Source of the DNA: a virus
Taxonomy: Duplodnaviria; Caudoviricetes
DNA length: 64,000 bases
Direction: 5' to 3' (one strand)
IMG/VR virus record: IMGVR_UViG_3300028603_000017
Span: 96,001 to 160,000 of that record
A program made the translations under genes and the position numbers. The first letter of the stretch is position 1, and the number at the start of each line of letters is the position of its first letter. The notes under the pieces were generated by a model. That model was not told the DNA's origin. It ran no database searches and saw nothing but the letters and a program-made list of their open reading frames with translations. Positions 1-10,310 of this stretch are shown piece by piece.

Positions 1-789
1 TTTGGTTATGAATACCTCTTCATACAAACGATCAACAATTTGTTTTTGCTCATCAGTAATGCTGGTACTGATGATCACATCTACCGGCTTAAAGGGTAGA
101 TCCATCATTTTCACATTTAGATTAAATTCTCCTAAATCAGGTTTCTTGATTTTAAGTGCTTCAAGAATTGGATTGACTTCCAAATCAATCTTTACGTAAA
201 GATTATAGGTATCGTCTGGATTAAAGAACACATCTACTTCATAAAAGGTATCTTGTACTTCAATATCTTCTACACCAGCAGATGTTTTAATTTGTACTGA
301 TGTGACAGGAAACTTAAATCTGTCTTTAATCATACCGTTATTAGCGATTTGACTAAAGTTAATAAAAGTCATTTCATCGATAGCGTTGGTTTGTTCAACG
401 GATCCATCAATACCTGCATTCTTTGATTTCTTTTTGAAAGTCATTGAGTAAGTAGGCTCTAGTCCATCTTTGACAGTCTTGCGTACTCTGACTTTACCTT
501 TTTGTGTTTTGATTTCCCATTGATCGTGATGCTCTTTAGCGCTAGCTAGTTTTAAACCATCAGGGTTTGTCATCTTAGCATAGAAAACAATTTCGTCTTC
601 TCGATGCGCTTGTTTTTCATCAGCAGACACTGCATTTTGCTGATGCTTAGCAATATCTTCTTTGGTAGTCGCTGTAGGATTGGGTGTGTCGCTGGTTTGA
701 CTAGCAGCTTCACTGACTTGATCAGCATTTGAAGCATCTTGATCTTCTTGCTCCATAGCTGCTTTTAGTAATCTTTTTTTGAAACTCAT
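1..789 (-). CDS. CYTH-like (triphosphate tunnel) domain protein with acidic N-terminal propeptide, probable head protein; runs off the window start and is absent from the ORF track
   Basis: Manual translation from ATG at 789: MSFKKRLLKAAMEQEDQD...HREDEIVFYAK...KVRVRK...YSMTFKKK...GMIKDRFKF...FYEVDVF...VKIDLEV, open to position 1. The ExE, RxR, KxR and EVD motifs are typical of the CYTH fold. Confidence 0.65.
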   Translation of the reverse strand, partial: MSFKKRLLKAAMEQEDQDASNADQVSEAASQTSDTPNPTATTKEDIAKHQQNAVSADEKQAHREDEIVFYAKMTNPDGLKLASAKEHHDQWEIKTQKGKVRVRKTVKDGLEPTYSMTFKKKSKNAGIDGSVEQTNAIDEMTFINFSQIANNGMIKDRFKFPVTSVQIKTSAGVEDIEVQDTFYEVDVFFNPDDTYNLYVKIDLEVNPILEALKIKKPDLGEFNLNVKMMDLPFKPVDVIISTSITDEQKQIVDRLYEEVFITK

Positions 790-796
790 TATATCC

Positions 797-1327
797 TCAA
801 TACGGTGATGATGGTGTATCCGTGAAAATTATTCGTAATACTTCTTGTAGAGTATTCATGATACCTGTTAAAGCACCATTTTCATCTAAGACACCTTTTT
901 GTAAGCTCATATAAGTAAAGATGCCTATAATCAATACGATAATACCAACAAGCACTATAGTTCCATAAAACTTTAGCTTGAATTGAAGATTATCTCTATT
1001 GACTTGGTGTCTTTCCTTATAACTGACTGGTCCTAAACTATCTAAGTTATATAGCTCAGGATCATTTTTTATAGTCATCATCATACCGAGTAGAACTCTA
1101 GCCTTATCTTCCTCACTTAAAGCTAGAAACCCTTTATAATAAATTTCTTTATTATCAATCAGTAAAGGCGAGTGTTCAGTAATATTGAATTCTCTTTTGT
1201 CAATACCTGGATCTAGTTGGGTACTGTCTCCAAATTCAAGATTAGACTCTTGTTCATCTTTTCCTAAATGAGAACCTATCTGAGATTTCGACTTATCTGA
1301 ATCACCTGTTAAGCTATCATTGCTCAT
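797..1327 (-). CDS. Membrane protein with a C-terminal TM helix; holin-like candidate in the lysis cluster
   Basis: One strong hydrophobic helix (FYGTIVLVGIIVLIIGIFTYM); directly downstream of the spanin pair. Confidence 0.45.
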   Translation of the reverse strand: MSNDSLTGDSDKSKSQIGSHLGKDEQESNLEFGDSTQLDPGIDKREFNITEHSPLLIDNKEIYYKGFLALSEEDKARVLLGMMMTIKNDPELYNLDSLGPVSYKERHQVNRDNLQFKLKFYGTIVLVGIIVLIIGIFTYMSLQKGVLDENGALTGIMNTLQEVLRIIFTDTPSSPY

Positions 1328-1676
1328 TTAACTCACGAATAGCGTTTTCCCTGTATTGCTTTAGAAACAATTCTTTTTGTTTAGCATTCCAAGTACGAGC
1401 GCCATCAATAGTGTTATTGCACACAGTCACAGTCTGGATCAAACCTTCGGTGTATTCAATCAACATCTTTTCTTTATCCGTAGCACTGGCTGCTTTATAT
1501 TTAGCTTGCTCAGGAGGAACAGGTTGTAAGCAATTGGGTAGCAAGTGATCAGGAATCACTGCCAACATTGTTCTGGTACGGTATTCAATTTTAGGCTCTT
1601 GCACAGTAGGATTGCTAACACAACCTACCATGAATACAGAAAAAGCAATAGTCAGTGGTGCAAAAATACGCTTCAT
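1317..1676 (-). CDS. Outer-membrane lipoprotein, o-spanin (Rz1-like)
   Basis: Lipoprotein signal MKRIFAPLTIAFSVFMVG|C, Pro-rich IPDHLLPNCLQPVPP, a second Cys and a helical C-terminus; follows the i-spanin candidate. Confidence 0.7.
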   Translation of the reverse strand: MKRIFAPLTIAFSVFMVGCVSNPTVQEPKIEYRTRTMLAVIPDHLLPNCLQPVPPEQAKYKAASATDKEKMLIEYTEGLIQTVTVCNNTIDGARTWNAKQKELFLKQYRENAIRELNEQ

Positions 1677-1702
1677 AATTCACCTATTATAATTAAATTG
1701 GG

Positions 1703-2287
1703 TTATTGTTTCTTTAAGATTTCACTACAAGTGTCAATAGATTCTTGCCTTGGTCTATTTGAGCTACAGTATGATTTCCAAATAGAATTTATCCTAAGCT
1801 CTGATAAAGCTTCAGGAATTTGTTCTGCTGCAATATTTTTTACTTCAGTAACAGTTTTGGTAGGAGAGCCTTTAGGAGCAGGTTTGGTTACTTTAACTGT
1901 TTTAGTCTCTTTAATGATCTCTTCTTGTTTTTTTCTATCTTCTTTGATATCTGTTAAAGTGGTTTTAGACTCTTCTTGAACCTTATTGACTTCACCAGTA
2001 ACTTCGTTGCTGATTTCTTCCGAAGCTTTAAGTAGCTTTATTTCATTTTCTAAACGCTCTTTCTCACCTTCTAGGTTTTGAATCTTAACATCTTGATCAT
2101 TGATTTGTTTTTTCTGATCTTCAACAGTTTGTACCAGCTCAGTATAAGACTTATAAGCATCTACAGCCTTAGAGCCTAACCATACAGCACCAAGAGCCAA
2201 TAGACCAATAACAATCCATTTAACGTAAGACATCCATCCTTTTGCTATAGAGCTAAAAGATAAAGCCAATAATTGCGATATTGACAT
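1703..2287 (-). CDS. Inner-membrane spanin (Rz-like)
   Basis: N-terminal TM helix, long coiled coil, C-terminal Cys pair; immediately upstream of the lipoprotein. Confidence 0.65.
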   Translation of the reverse strand: MSISQLLALSFSSIAKGWMSYVKWIVIGLLALGAVWLGSKAVDAYKSYTELVQTVEDQKKQINDQDVKIQNLEGEKERLENEIKLLKASEEISNEVTGEVNKVQEESKTTLTDIKEDRKKQEEIIKETKTVKVTKPAPKGSPTKTVTEVKNIAAEQIPEALSELRINSIWKSYCSSNRPRQESIDTCSEILKKQ

Positions 2288-2301
2288 AATTTACTTCCTA
2301 A

Positions 2302-2529
2302 TTACTTTTTAACATTAGGTTTAGGTTCTTCTAATTCAATCTTAGGTTCAGACTGAATAACGAATGTGCAATAAGACTCAACAGAATTTACTCTACGGTA
2401 GAGCTGATTTAAAGAACCTATAACCAAAAACTGACCAACAACAGAAAACAAAATTAAAGCAATTAATCCATTGACTTTCCAACGAAAGTGTTTCAAATGT
2501 ATACTTTCCTCAGTGTGATTTTCCAACAT
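2302..2529 (-). CDS. Small single-TM membrane protein
   Basis: 75 aa with one hydrophobic segment, co-oriented in the lysis cluster. Confidence 0.45.
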   Translation of the reverse strand: MLENHTEESIHLKHFRWKVNGLIALILFSVVGQFLVIGSLNQLYRRVNSVESYCTFVIQSEPKIELEEPKPNVKK

Positions 2530-2546
2530 AGTTACTTTTCCTTATT

Positions 2547-3119
2547 TCACTGATTAGAATTATCTTTTAAGTATTTGATCTGACAATACCCTACAGCTAA
2601 TGCGTCTATAGAGTGCTCGTCTAAATCTTTTAACTCAATATCCCCATTATAAGCTAAATCTGTTAGTTTCAATACAGATTCTTTCATTTTGTCTTTATCA
2701 GCATTACCAGCAGCGTGTACGCTGTTTTTAATACTACTAGGATCTATCATGAATAAAGGCTGCCAGACGCTGTATTCTATTACAGCGTCTTTTATCATTG
2801 ATAAAACTTCAACCAAAGGTTGAAACGCTCCTGGTCTTCTGGGATTAAAAAATGGAGACTCACAAGCTATTACGCTTGGTTGTATTTTATTGAAATATTC
2901 TAATAAACATTCTCTAAGTTTATATATTCGAGCAGTTCTATAAGAATGTATTTGTGCTAGCCAAGATCTTTCATTGACCATTTTACTGGCAATAATAGTA
3001 AAAGCTCTGGACTCTAGTATCTTAAATGTATCAAACTCTACTTTGTAAAGAGACACACCCAGTTTATCTGATCCAGGATCTATCCCTATTAAAGTAAAAT
3101 AGTTTTCATTGGTTTGCAT
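2547..3119 (-). CDS. ruvC: RuvC-like Holliday junction resolvase
   Basis: Motifs IGIDPGS, IACESPFF, GNADKDKM and HSIDALAVG carry the RuvC acidic tetrad. Confidence 0.9.
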   Translation of the reverse strand: MQTNENYFTLIGIDPGSDKLGVSLYKVEFDTFKILESRAFTIIASKMVNERSWLAQIHSYRTARIYKLRECLLEYFNKIQPSVIACESPFFNPRRPGAFQPLVEVLSMIKDAVIEYSVWQPLFMIDPSSIKNSVHAAGNADKDKMKESVLKLTDLAYNGDIELKDLDEHSIDALAVGYCQIKYLKDNSNQ

Positions 3120-3125
3120 AAATAA

Positions 3126-3161
3126 TAGACTCTATAGCCTATTGATAGGCTATAGAGTCTA
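3126..3161. terminator. Perfect intergenic palindrome (16-17 bp stem)
   Basis: TAGACTCTATAGCCTAT-TG-ATAGGCTATAGAGTCTA between two minus-strand genes. Confidence 0.6.
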
Positions 3162-3173
3162 GATGATTAAGGA

Positions 3174-4016
3174 TTATGACAGATACAGGGGCTCAGTAGC
3201 ACCCACGTCAAAGTTAGAATTAATACCACCATTGGTAAAGCGGATAGCGTGGAAAGTACTGATATGGGTACACACTTGAGCACCAATGATTTCAGTATAG
3301 TTAAATGATGCGCCTAAATAATCAGTTGCACCAATGACTTTATCAACACCAGCTACTAAACCTAGCTCTGAAATAATAGCGTAATCTTCACTACCGTAGA
3401 TAATGTTAGCAGCATTTTTAATTTCATCCATATCAAATTGATCTAGAATAAAACTAATAGGAGCGCTAGCTAATACAAAATCACCCGTGGTAGGAACAAC
3501 TTCACCAATTACAGTATCAGGAGGAGTAGGTGTGAGGTTACCTGCATTAGGAATAAAAGGATTCGTAGTTTCTACGTTGTTCTCAATATTCTTCAAAAGC
3601 ATCTGTGCCTGAACACCAGTCATATCCATACGACGAGCATAATAAGCAACATACTCATCGTTATCGATAGTGATGTTTTTCCTAAGACCATAACTGGCTC
3701 TGGTAGTCGCATCAATGTCGTTAGCTACAGGACGCAAAATGAACGGCAAGTGTGAGTATAAAGCAGCATCCGTAGGAGAATGTTGTAAAGGCTTAGGGAC
3801 AGGCAATGAATTGTTGCCTGAGACTTCCATCATGTGTCCACCATTACCAATGACAACATAACGCATCTTTTGCTCATCATTGACATTGAGTTCGTATGAT
3901 GGAGCAATATTAAATTTCTCATTAAGAGTTGTATATTCTTCTAGCTCATTGGGCACCCCAAGCAATTGAGATGTTTGAATTTTAGCACCGTATACAGTAC
4001 GGACAATAAGTTCCAC
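3174..4016 (-). CDS. Virion structural protein (phiKZ-like, tail/baseplate region)
   Basis: Family-like motifs TTLNEKF, IGNGGH, LYSHLPFILR and YVAYY; lies in the structural cluster. Confidence 0.6.
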   Translation of the reverse strand: MELIVRTVYGAKIQTSQLLGVPNELEEYTTLNEKFNIAPSYELNVNDEQKMRYVVIGNGGHMMEVSGNNSLPVPKPLQHSPTDAALYSHLPFILRPVANDIDATTRASYGLRKNITIDNDEYVAYYARRMDMTGVQAQMLLKNIENNVETTNPFIPNAGNLTPTPPDTVIGEVVPTTGDFVLASAPISFILDQFDMDEIKNAANIIYGSEDYAIISELGLVAGVDKVIGATDYLGASFNYTEIIGAQVCTHISTFHAIRFTNGGINSNFDVGATEPLYLS

Positions 4017-4102
4017 GATAAAAACTCCAGTTTATACTTCAAATAGATTTTTACTATAAGTATTTTTTTATATAGTAATTAAGAATTAATCAACTCAAAT
4101 AA

Positions 4103-6952
4103 TTAAGACCAGATGATTTGCTGACCATTATAGGAGTAACCAACGATCTTGTATTCAGCTTCACCTTCAGAATTTACTAAGCTAAAACCATTAAACAAAG
4201 ATCCTGGTAAATAAGGATGATGGTGAGGAGTTCTGCTTATCACATCTTTGACAAAGTTTAAAGAAGCCTTATCATGGACATACTCCATATCTGTTAGACT
4301 AATTTCTTCATTGTCATAAATAAAAGCATTAATAGATACTTCATCTTTGGTATAAATAAAAGCATCTAAAGATACACCAAACTGCAAATTAGTATCCATG
4401 TAGGTAGTACTAGCTGTAACTTTATTGGCAAAATACTTAAAAGCATTAGCTGGAGCTGTTCCAGCAAATAGCTTGAACAAGTTACCATCAGAGTCACCAG
4501 CAAAGTAATTGTAAGCATTGAGTACATTCTCACCTAAGTTAGGCAGCATTGCTTCTAATTGACCAGTAAGCAAAGTCCTAATTCTGGCATAGGTTTGATT
4601 AGGAATGAACTTATAGATAAATGAGTCTGTCTTTGGTTTATTAATAATAAACGTTTTAAAGCCAGGTAAATAGTTTTTCATCAAAAGCAGATTCAAATCA
4701 ATCTTGCCTTCTGATGGATCTGGCACAAACAGATTTTGCCAGACATCTTTGATAGACCACTTCTCTTGTTCTGTTAAATCGTTAAACGACTCATATTGAG
4801 GAAAAGCTAAGATATTCGTACTTTCATCAGGATTGACAAAAGTTTGATTAACCATTATTGTACCTAATCTGATAATATAGTTCTTTATGGTCTCTACTTT
4901 ACCAGGCCTGACTTTAACTGGAATATCTATTTCTTGATCTGCTGTTACAGATACATCTGTTTTAGGATCAATACCAATAGGCATTACGGGCACAATAATG
5001 TCTTCATTTTCCTGACTGACAACATTGGTAACGTAAGTATTGATAATCTCAGCTTCGTGATGAGCTATTTGTTTTGTTTTTAAATCATCTACACGAATAG
5101 CTGGCCAGCCTATCTTTCTGATAGTCCTAGAATTAATCTCTGTCAGTATTTGAATAGAATAGCTAGATAACTGCGTTAAAATAGCAGTCATAGCTTTTTG
5201 TAATTCAGACAGTTGTGTTTTGGTATAAAAGTCTCCACCTGTAGCATTCTTAAATATTTCTAGGTGCAAAGCTTCATACATGGCAGTATCGTAATTTGTC
5301 ATTACGATACCCTTAGCAGCTAACCATTGATCGTAAGAGTTATAATAAACACCTTCACGATCATTAATAATTTCTAGCGTATCTATTTCTTTGGTTTCAT
5401 ACAGGTTATCTACAATAGCCTGCATTTGACCACGCTTACCGTGGTTTTGCTCATTGGCTAAATAGATAGTCTGCGCTTTATGAGCAAAGTAAACATCTTT
5501 GACCAAATCACCAAAAGCTTCTACAGAGATATCTGGCAGCTGAGCTACCTTTGTGTCTATAAGCAATTGGATAAGATCATCTGGTACAGTCTCGTTATTA
5601 ACCAATTGTCTTAGATCGTCAACAGTTTGAGTTTCTATTCTGGTGGATCTAAATACACGCAATTTAGGTATTTTATCTAAATTAATACCCATTGACTTAC
5701 AGTAGCAATAAAACCAAAACACATAGCTATCAAAAGCATTTAGTGATCTGTCTACGGAAGTAACAGGATCTTTAAAACTAATAACAGCAGTGTATAGATT
5801 CTCAGAGGAGTTCCTTAACCAATGTCCTAATTTGATTTCGGTTAGGGTATAAGTCTCACTGTCACTATAGTCAACAATAGAAGATTCTAGATCTTTGGTT
5901 AAAACTACGCTAGATAAAGAGTTTTTAAACTTCTTATCTATTTGAGTTTGCGTATCAGCTATATATTCAGGATTACCTACTGTTAATAGTTTTTCTTTAT
6001 TAAGTAGCTCATCCAGATTGATTGTAGGTCTTGCTTTGGTTGTTTGAGAAAATACATCAGTAATACTTCTTCTTCTAAAAGAAGTATTAGAATAATAAGT
6101 AGATTCTAAATATGAGGTATCGTGCCTCATGGTGTATTCAGAAATTGGAATATTGCGCTCTGTCAATAAGCGATCAATTAGCCAATTAAGAATCTTATTC
6201 TTACCAGCATTTCTTTCAATAAAGCAAATGTTTCTATACAGGAACAATCTTTGCTTTAGATTAAGGTGATCTAGATATTGGTCTAGATAACCATGAGATG
6301 CTAAGTATTGCCTAACATGAAAACTGTGAGCTTCTCTTGTTTTACAGGCTTGTAATCTTAAATTCAGAATAAGAGGTATTAAGTGGAGATACATAATACC
6401 TAGATTAGCAGCAGCGTAAAGATCGTGAGCTTCATTGAACTGCTTATTATCCCATCTGAATTTATAGTTCTTAATCCAGTGCTCAATATTGAAAATGAGG
6501 TTTTCTTCATTTTCTTCTACTAAATATTCAGGATAAGCTAATACTGTACCATCTTCTGAATCAATCGCTTTATTAATATCCGCAGGATGCAAACAACCTA
6601 TAATGAATTGTTGCATATCGGGATAATTGGTAATTAACTCACGGTAATAGCGAGAGTTATACTTATAAGCATCTAGTGTTGCTGGGTGATTTATCAATGT
6701 CTGTCTATCAAATGTAATTTTCGATAGATCGTCCAATGATGTGATTTCTATAATAGGATCTGTAGGATGATACTGACCAGAAATATTAAGGTAATATTTC
6801 CATGTCGTTTTATCAAATGGGTCTGGCTCAGTACCATACAGCTCAGTGATTCTATTATTAATAACATCCGCTGAGCGTTCAGATTTTATTACGATTGTGC
6901 TAGCAAGCTCTATTACACTATCAATATATAGTTTGTAGTAATTTTGACTCAC
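4103..6952 (-). CDS. Large virion structural protein (phiKZ gp128-like), GTG start
   Basis: 949 aa; WKYYLNISGQYH, AHSFHVRQYLASHG and LFLYRNI motifs; divergent from the portal gene. Confidence 0.6.
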   Translation of the reverse strand: MSQNYYKLYIDSVIELASTIVIKSERSADVINNRITELYGTEPDPFDKTTWKYYLNISGQYHPTDPIIEITSLDDLSKITFDRQTLINHPATLDAYKYNSRYYRELITNYPDMQQFIIGCLHPADINKAIDSEDGTVLAYPEYLVEENEENLIFNIEHWIKNYKFRWDNKQFNEAHDLYAAANLGIMYLHLIPLILNLRLQACKTREAHSFHVRQYLASHGYLDQYLDHLNLKQRLFLYRNICFIERNAGKNKILNWLIDRLLTERNIPISEYTMRHDTSYLESTYYSNTSFRRRSITDVFSQTTKARPTINLDELLNKEKLLTVGNPEYIADTQTQIDKKFKNSLSSVVLTKDLESSIVDYSDSETYTLTEIKLGHWLRNSSENLYTAVISFKDPVTSVDRSLNAFDSYVFWFYCYCKSMGINLDKIPKLRVFRSTRIETQTVDDLRQLVNNETVPDDLIQLLIDTKVAQLPDISVEAFGDLVKDVYFAHKAQTIYLANEQNHGKRGQMQAIVDNLYETKEIDTLEIINDREGVYYNSYDQWLAAKGIVMTNYDTAMYEALHLEIFKNATGGDFYTKTQLSELQKAMTAILTQLSSYSIQILTEINSRTIRKIGWPAIRVDDLKTKQIAHHEAEIINTYVTNVVSQENEDIIVPVMPIGIDPKTDVSVTADQEIDIPVKVRPGKVETIKNYIIRLGTIMVNQTFVNPDESTNILAFPQYESFNDLTEQEKWSIKDVWQNLFVPDPSEGKIDLNLLLMKNYLPGFKTFIINKPKTDSFIYKFIPNQTYARIRTLLTGQLEAMLPNLGENVLNAYNYFAGDSDGNLFKLFAGTAPANAFKYFANKVTASTTYMDTNLQFGVSLDAFIYTKDEVSINAFIYDNEEISLTDMEYVHDKASLNFVKDVISRTPHHHPYLPGSLFNGFSLVNSEGEAEYKIVGYSYNGQQIIWS

Positions 6953-6980
6953 AATCTTCTACTCCAAAAGGTTTTCTCAT

Positions 6981-9629
6981 ATGACTTTAAAGAATGTTAT
7001 TTCAGCTGTCAACTCTAAAAAAGCAATACCGCATGTGGATTTAGTTGGTGACAGACCTGAGATTCCTGCCGCTATCAGTAAACTGATACTAGATCCAGAT
7101 AAGTCAGCCAGTTACGATAACAAAGGCAATAGAACAATATCAACAACAACTTCTACTGACTTTGTAGGTATTAGTAACGATATTGCTAATAGAGCCAGAG
7201 ATGCTGAAACTATTGTTGAGCTCTTTCCTGACATGGAATTGAGTGCTCAGATACTTATTTCGTCTATCCTATCTCCTAAGGATATGATGAATACTGAGCT
7301 TAATTTTATTTTGCAACCAGGATTAAAGGTATCAGAAATCTCAGCTCCTTTGATTGCCGAGCTAAAAGAATATTGTACCAAGGACTATAAAATTGAGCCT
7401 TTACTGCCAACAATACTCCGACGTATACTCTTTGAGTCAGGCTCTTACCCTGTGGCTGTAATACCTGAATCCAGTATTGATACAATTATCAATGGTCCTG
7501 CTGTGGCTAAAGAAAGTATTATGACCACACTTTCTAGCTACTCTGATCTAAATACTAAAACATTTAAACCTATTGGTATCTTAGGTCCTAGTGTTAAACA
7601 AGATACTGCATCACCGTCTTTGAAAGCTTCTTTAGAATCATTGGATGGTAACGGTTATCATGATTTGAATAGAACAGATAATACGATTGTCGGATTAGAA
7701 GTATTTGGTAATTTAATACCTAATGCTAAAAACAACACAGTTGTAACAGATAACTATAACTTACTCAAGTTACCGTTTGTTTTTGAGAAGCTAAAAGAAA
7801 AGACAATTAAGAATATAGTCTGTAAAGCTGCTGGTAAAGTTGTTGCTAATGAGAACTTTACCAAACTCACGGATTCTAGTTTAACTAATTTAATTTATAA
7901 GAATCCCAATAGAAACTCTACAAATATCATTAAAATCAAAACCAGTAATGAAACCAGTAGAGAAAATATTGGTGAGCCTTTGGTCATGCATTTACCTAGT
8001 GAAGCAGTTATCCCTGTATTCACACCAGGTAATGAAGAGCAACACGTAGGATATTTTGTTCTTTTAGATATGGAAGGCAATCCTGTTAGTAAAACTAACA
8101 TGGAAGGCGGTTATAATGATTTACAAAAGCGATTAAATTCTCAATCTACCAACATGAGCTCTGGTCTACTACAAAAAGCCAATATGCTCTTTGGTGATGA
8201 TTGTAAGTCTATTACACTGCAACAAGCTTCTCAAATCTATGCTGATATTATTGAAGCTGATCTGTTAGCTAGGTTAAGAAATGGTATCTATGGTAAAAAT
8301 CTCTCATTGGCTAAAAATCAAGAGATTTATAGACTCATGATGGCCAGAGCATTAAAGTCTCAATTTACTCAATTACTTTTTGTACCTATTGAGTTAATGA
8401 CCTATTATGCCTATAAGTTTGACAATCGCGGTATTGGTAAGAGCCTAAATGATGATTTGAGAATCTTAAACAGCATCCGTGCAATGGCTTTGTTTACCAA
8501 ATTAGCTGCTCAACTAAAAAATGCTATTGGTAGAACAGAAGTACAGCTAGAGTTAGATCCTAACGATCCTAGTCCTCAAACTACCATTGAAAAAGCTATT
8601 CACGAAATCACTCGTACCAGACAGCAAAACCTACCATTGGGCATTACTAGTCCCAGTGATTTAGCTGACTGGGTGCAAAAAGCCAATATGCAGTTTTCAT
8701 TTTCTAACCATCCAGGTTTGCCAGAAATGAAAATCAACTTCAATGAAGTCAATACCAACTACGTAGAACCTAGTACTGACTTAGAAGATGATTTGAGAAA
8801 ACGTGCTATTATGGCTGTAGGCTTAAATCCTGAAACTGTTGATAATGGTTTTTCAGCTGAATTTGCTACTACTATTGTAGAAAACAATATTCTGCTGAGT
8901 AAACGTGTATTACAAATTCAAGAAAAGTTCTTACCTTTGGTAACAGATAACATAAGAAAAGTTATCTCTAATGATGGTAGAGCTATTTATAAGCTTAAAG
9001 AAATTGTTTACAATAACTTTGACAAAGTCAAAGCTAACTTAAACGATGTTGAAGTAACAGACGAGAATAAAGACGTTATTGTTGATTTGTTGGTTCAAGA
9101 ATTCTTATCTAACTTTGAAGCAACGCTGCCTAAACCTAACAATATTACACTAGAAAACCAAATGACAGCGTACGATGTTTACGCTGACGCTATTGATAAA
9201 GTGCTGGATAACTTTATCAGCACTAACGTAATGCCCAGTACTTTGGTTGGTGAAGAGCTTAATCAAAAGGTAGAAGAAATTAAAACTGTTGTTAAACACG
9301 CATATCTGCGTAGATTCATGATTGACAACAATATCTTACCAGAACTCTTTGAGATGATGACTTACGATGATAAGGGTCTTCCTCTATTTGATCTGGAAGA
9401 TGTACAAAAGAACCATATTAACGATATGGCTAAAGCTATTATTAAACTATTTGATGCAGCCAAACCTATTGCAGAGGCTGCTACTAAAGATCTACAAAAC
9501 ACAGGTGTTTCTGAAGTAGATAGTACTACATCCACAGAAACCTCCAGTAATTCATCAACAAATGATGAAGATAAATCAGGTGGAGATAGTGATTTAGGTG
9601 GAGACGACTTTAATCTACCAGACTTTTAA
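6981..9629 (+). CDS. Portal protein (phiKZ gp129-like)
   Basis: 882 aa; LFPDMELSAQILISSILSPKDM and GYFVLLD motifs; acidic tail; size and head-to-head synteny match phiKZ-type portals. Confidence 0.65.
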   Translation: MTLKNVISAVNSKKAIPHVDLVGDRPEIPAAISKLILDPDKSASYDNKGNRTISTTTSTDFVGISNDIANRARDAETIVELFPDMELSAQILISSILSPKDMMNTELNFILQPGLKVSEISAPLIAELKEYCTKDYKIEPLLPTILRRILFESGSYPVAVIPESSIDTIINGPAVAKESIMTTLSSYSDLNTKTFKPIGILGPSVKQDTASPSLKASLESLDGNGYHDLNRTDNTIVGLEVFGNLIPNAKNNTVVTDNYNLLKLPFVFEKLKEKTIKNIVCKAAGKVVANENFTKLTDSSLTNLIYKNPNRNSTNIIKIKTSNETSRENIGEPLVMHLPSEAVIPVFTPGNEEQHVGYFVLLDMEGNPVSKTNMEGGYNDLQKRLNSQSTNMSSGLLQKANMLFGDDCKSITLQQASQIYADIIEADLLARLRNGIYGKNLSLAKNQEIYRLMMARALKSQFTQLLFVPIELMTYYAYKFDNRGIGKSLNDDLRILNSIRAMALFTKLAAQLKNAIGRTEVQLELDPNDPSPQTTIEKAIHEITRTRQQNLPLGITSPSDLADWVQKANMQFSFSNHPGLPEMKINFNEVNTNYVEPSTDLEDDLRKRAIMAVGLNPETVDNGFSAEFATTIVENNILLSKRVLQIQEKFLPLVTDNIRKVISNDGRAIYKLKEIVYNNFDKVKANLNDVEVTDENKDVIVDLLVQEFLSNFEATLPKPNNITLENQMTAYDVYADAIDKVLDNFISTNVMPSTLVGEELNQKVEEIKTVVKHAYLRRFMIDNNILPELFEMMTYDDKGLPLFDLEDVQKNHINDMAKAIIKLFDAAKPIAEAATKDLQNTGVSEVDSTTSTETSSNSSTNDEDKSGGDSDLGGDDFNLPDF

Positions 9630-9633
9630 GCAG

Positions 9634-9672
9634 CATAGTAGCTACAGGGGTAATCCCCTGTAGCTACCTATG
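9634..9672. terminator. CATA...TATG-flanked hairpin between convergent genes
   Basis: CATA-GTAGCTACAGGGG-TAAT-CCCCTGTAGCTAC-CTATG. Confidence 0.7.
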
Positions 9673-9677
9673 TCGTC

Positions 9678-10310
9678 TTACGTATTTTGGGCTAAGTTCT
9701 TTTGAACAATGAAATCTTCTAGAGCTCTTATCTTTAGTCTAGCTGAAGCTAACTCGTCTTTTAGCTGAGCCAGTTGCATATAAGTTGTATTTTCTATTTC
9801 TATCTTACCTTGTCTCATTGCTTTAATAGCTTCATGATCAGCTGTTTTTACCATAGCAGACTTTGATAGAGACACTACTCTAATATCAGGTCTAATACCT
9901 AAATTAGAGTAAATAACGTCAGATAGAATTTCATTAAGAATAGATAAATCAAACGATTCTTCTATAGGACCCATATCTATAGCATAAGCCATACGTCTGT
10001 AGGGTACACCACCACTATCAGGATAAGCATCTAATTGAGATGACGGAACATAAAGCCAATCAGCTTTTTCGCTATAGAGCCCTACAATAGAGATATCGTT
10101 TTTCTTATCTTCTTCTAAAGTAACTGAAGTCAATCCATAAGGCGTATAGTAAGTAGCCAATACGTCTACGCCAGAGCCAATGAGCTCAGATATCTTTCTT
10201 ATGGATTTACATTGGTAAATAGCTTGTGTATTTACCATCGTTGATATTGGGGTTTTAAATTTATAAACCCCAATAGCATTTAATGCTGGTAAAAATTCAC
10301 TCATATTCAA
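9678..10310 (-). CDS. Conserved jumbo-phage hypothetical or structural protein
   Basis: 210 aa with a C-terminal coiled coil; 4-bp overlap with the upstream gene. Confidence 0.5.
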   Translation of the reverse strand: MNMSEFLPALNAIGVYKFKTPISTMVNTQAIYQCKSIRKISELIGSGVDVLATYYTPYGLTSVTLEEDKKNDISIVGLYSEKADWLYVPSSQLDAYPDSGGVPYRRMAYAIDMGPIEESFDLSILNEILSDVIYSNLGIRPDIRVVSLSKSAMVKTADHEAIKAMRQGKIEIENTTYMQLAQLKDELASARLKIRALEDFIVQKNLAQNT

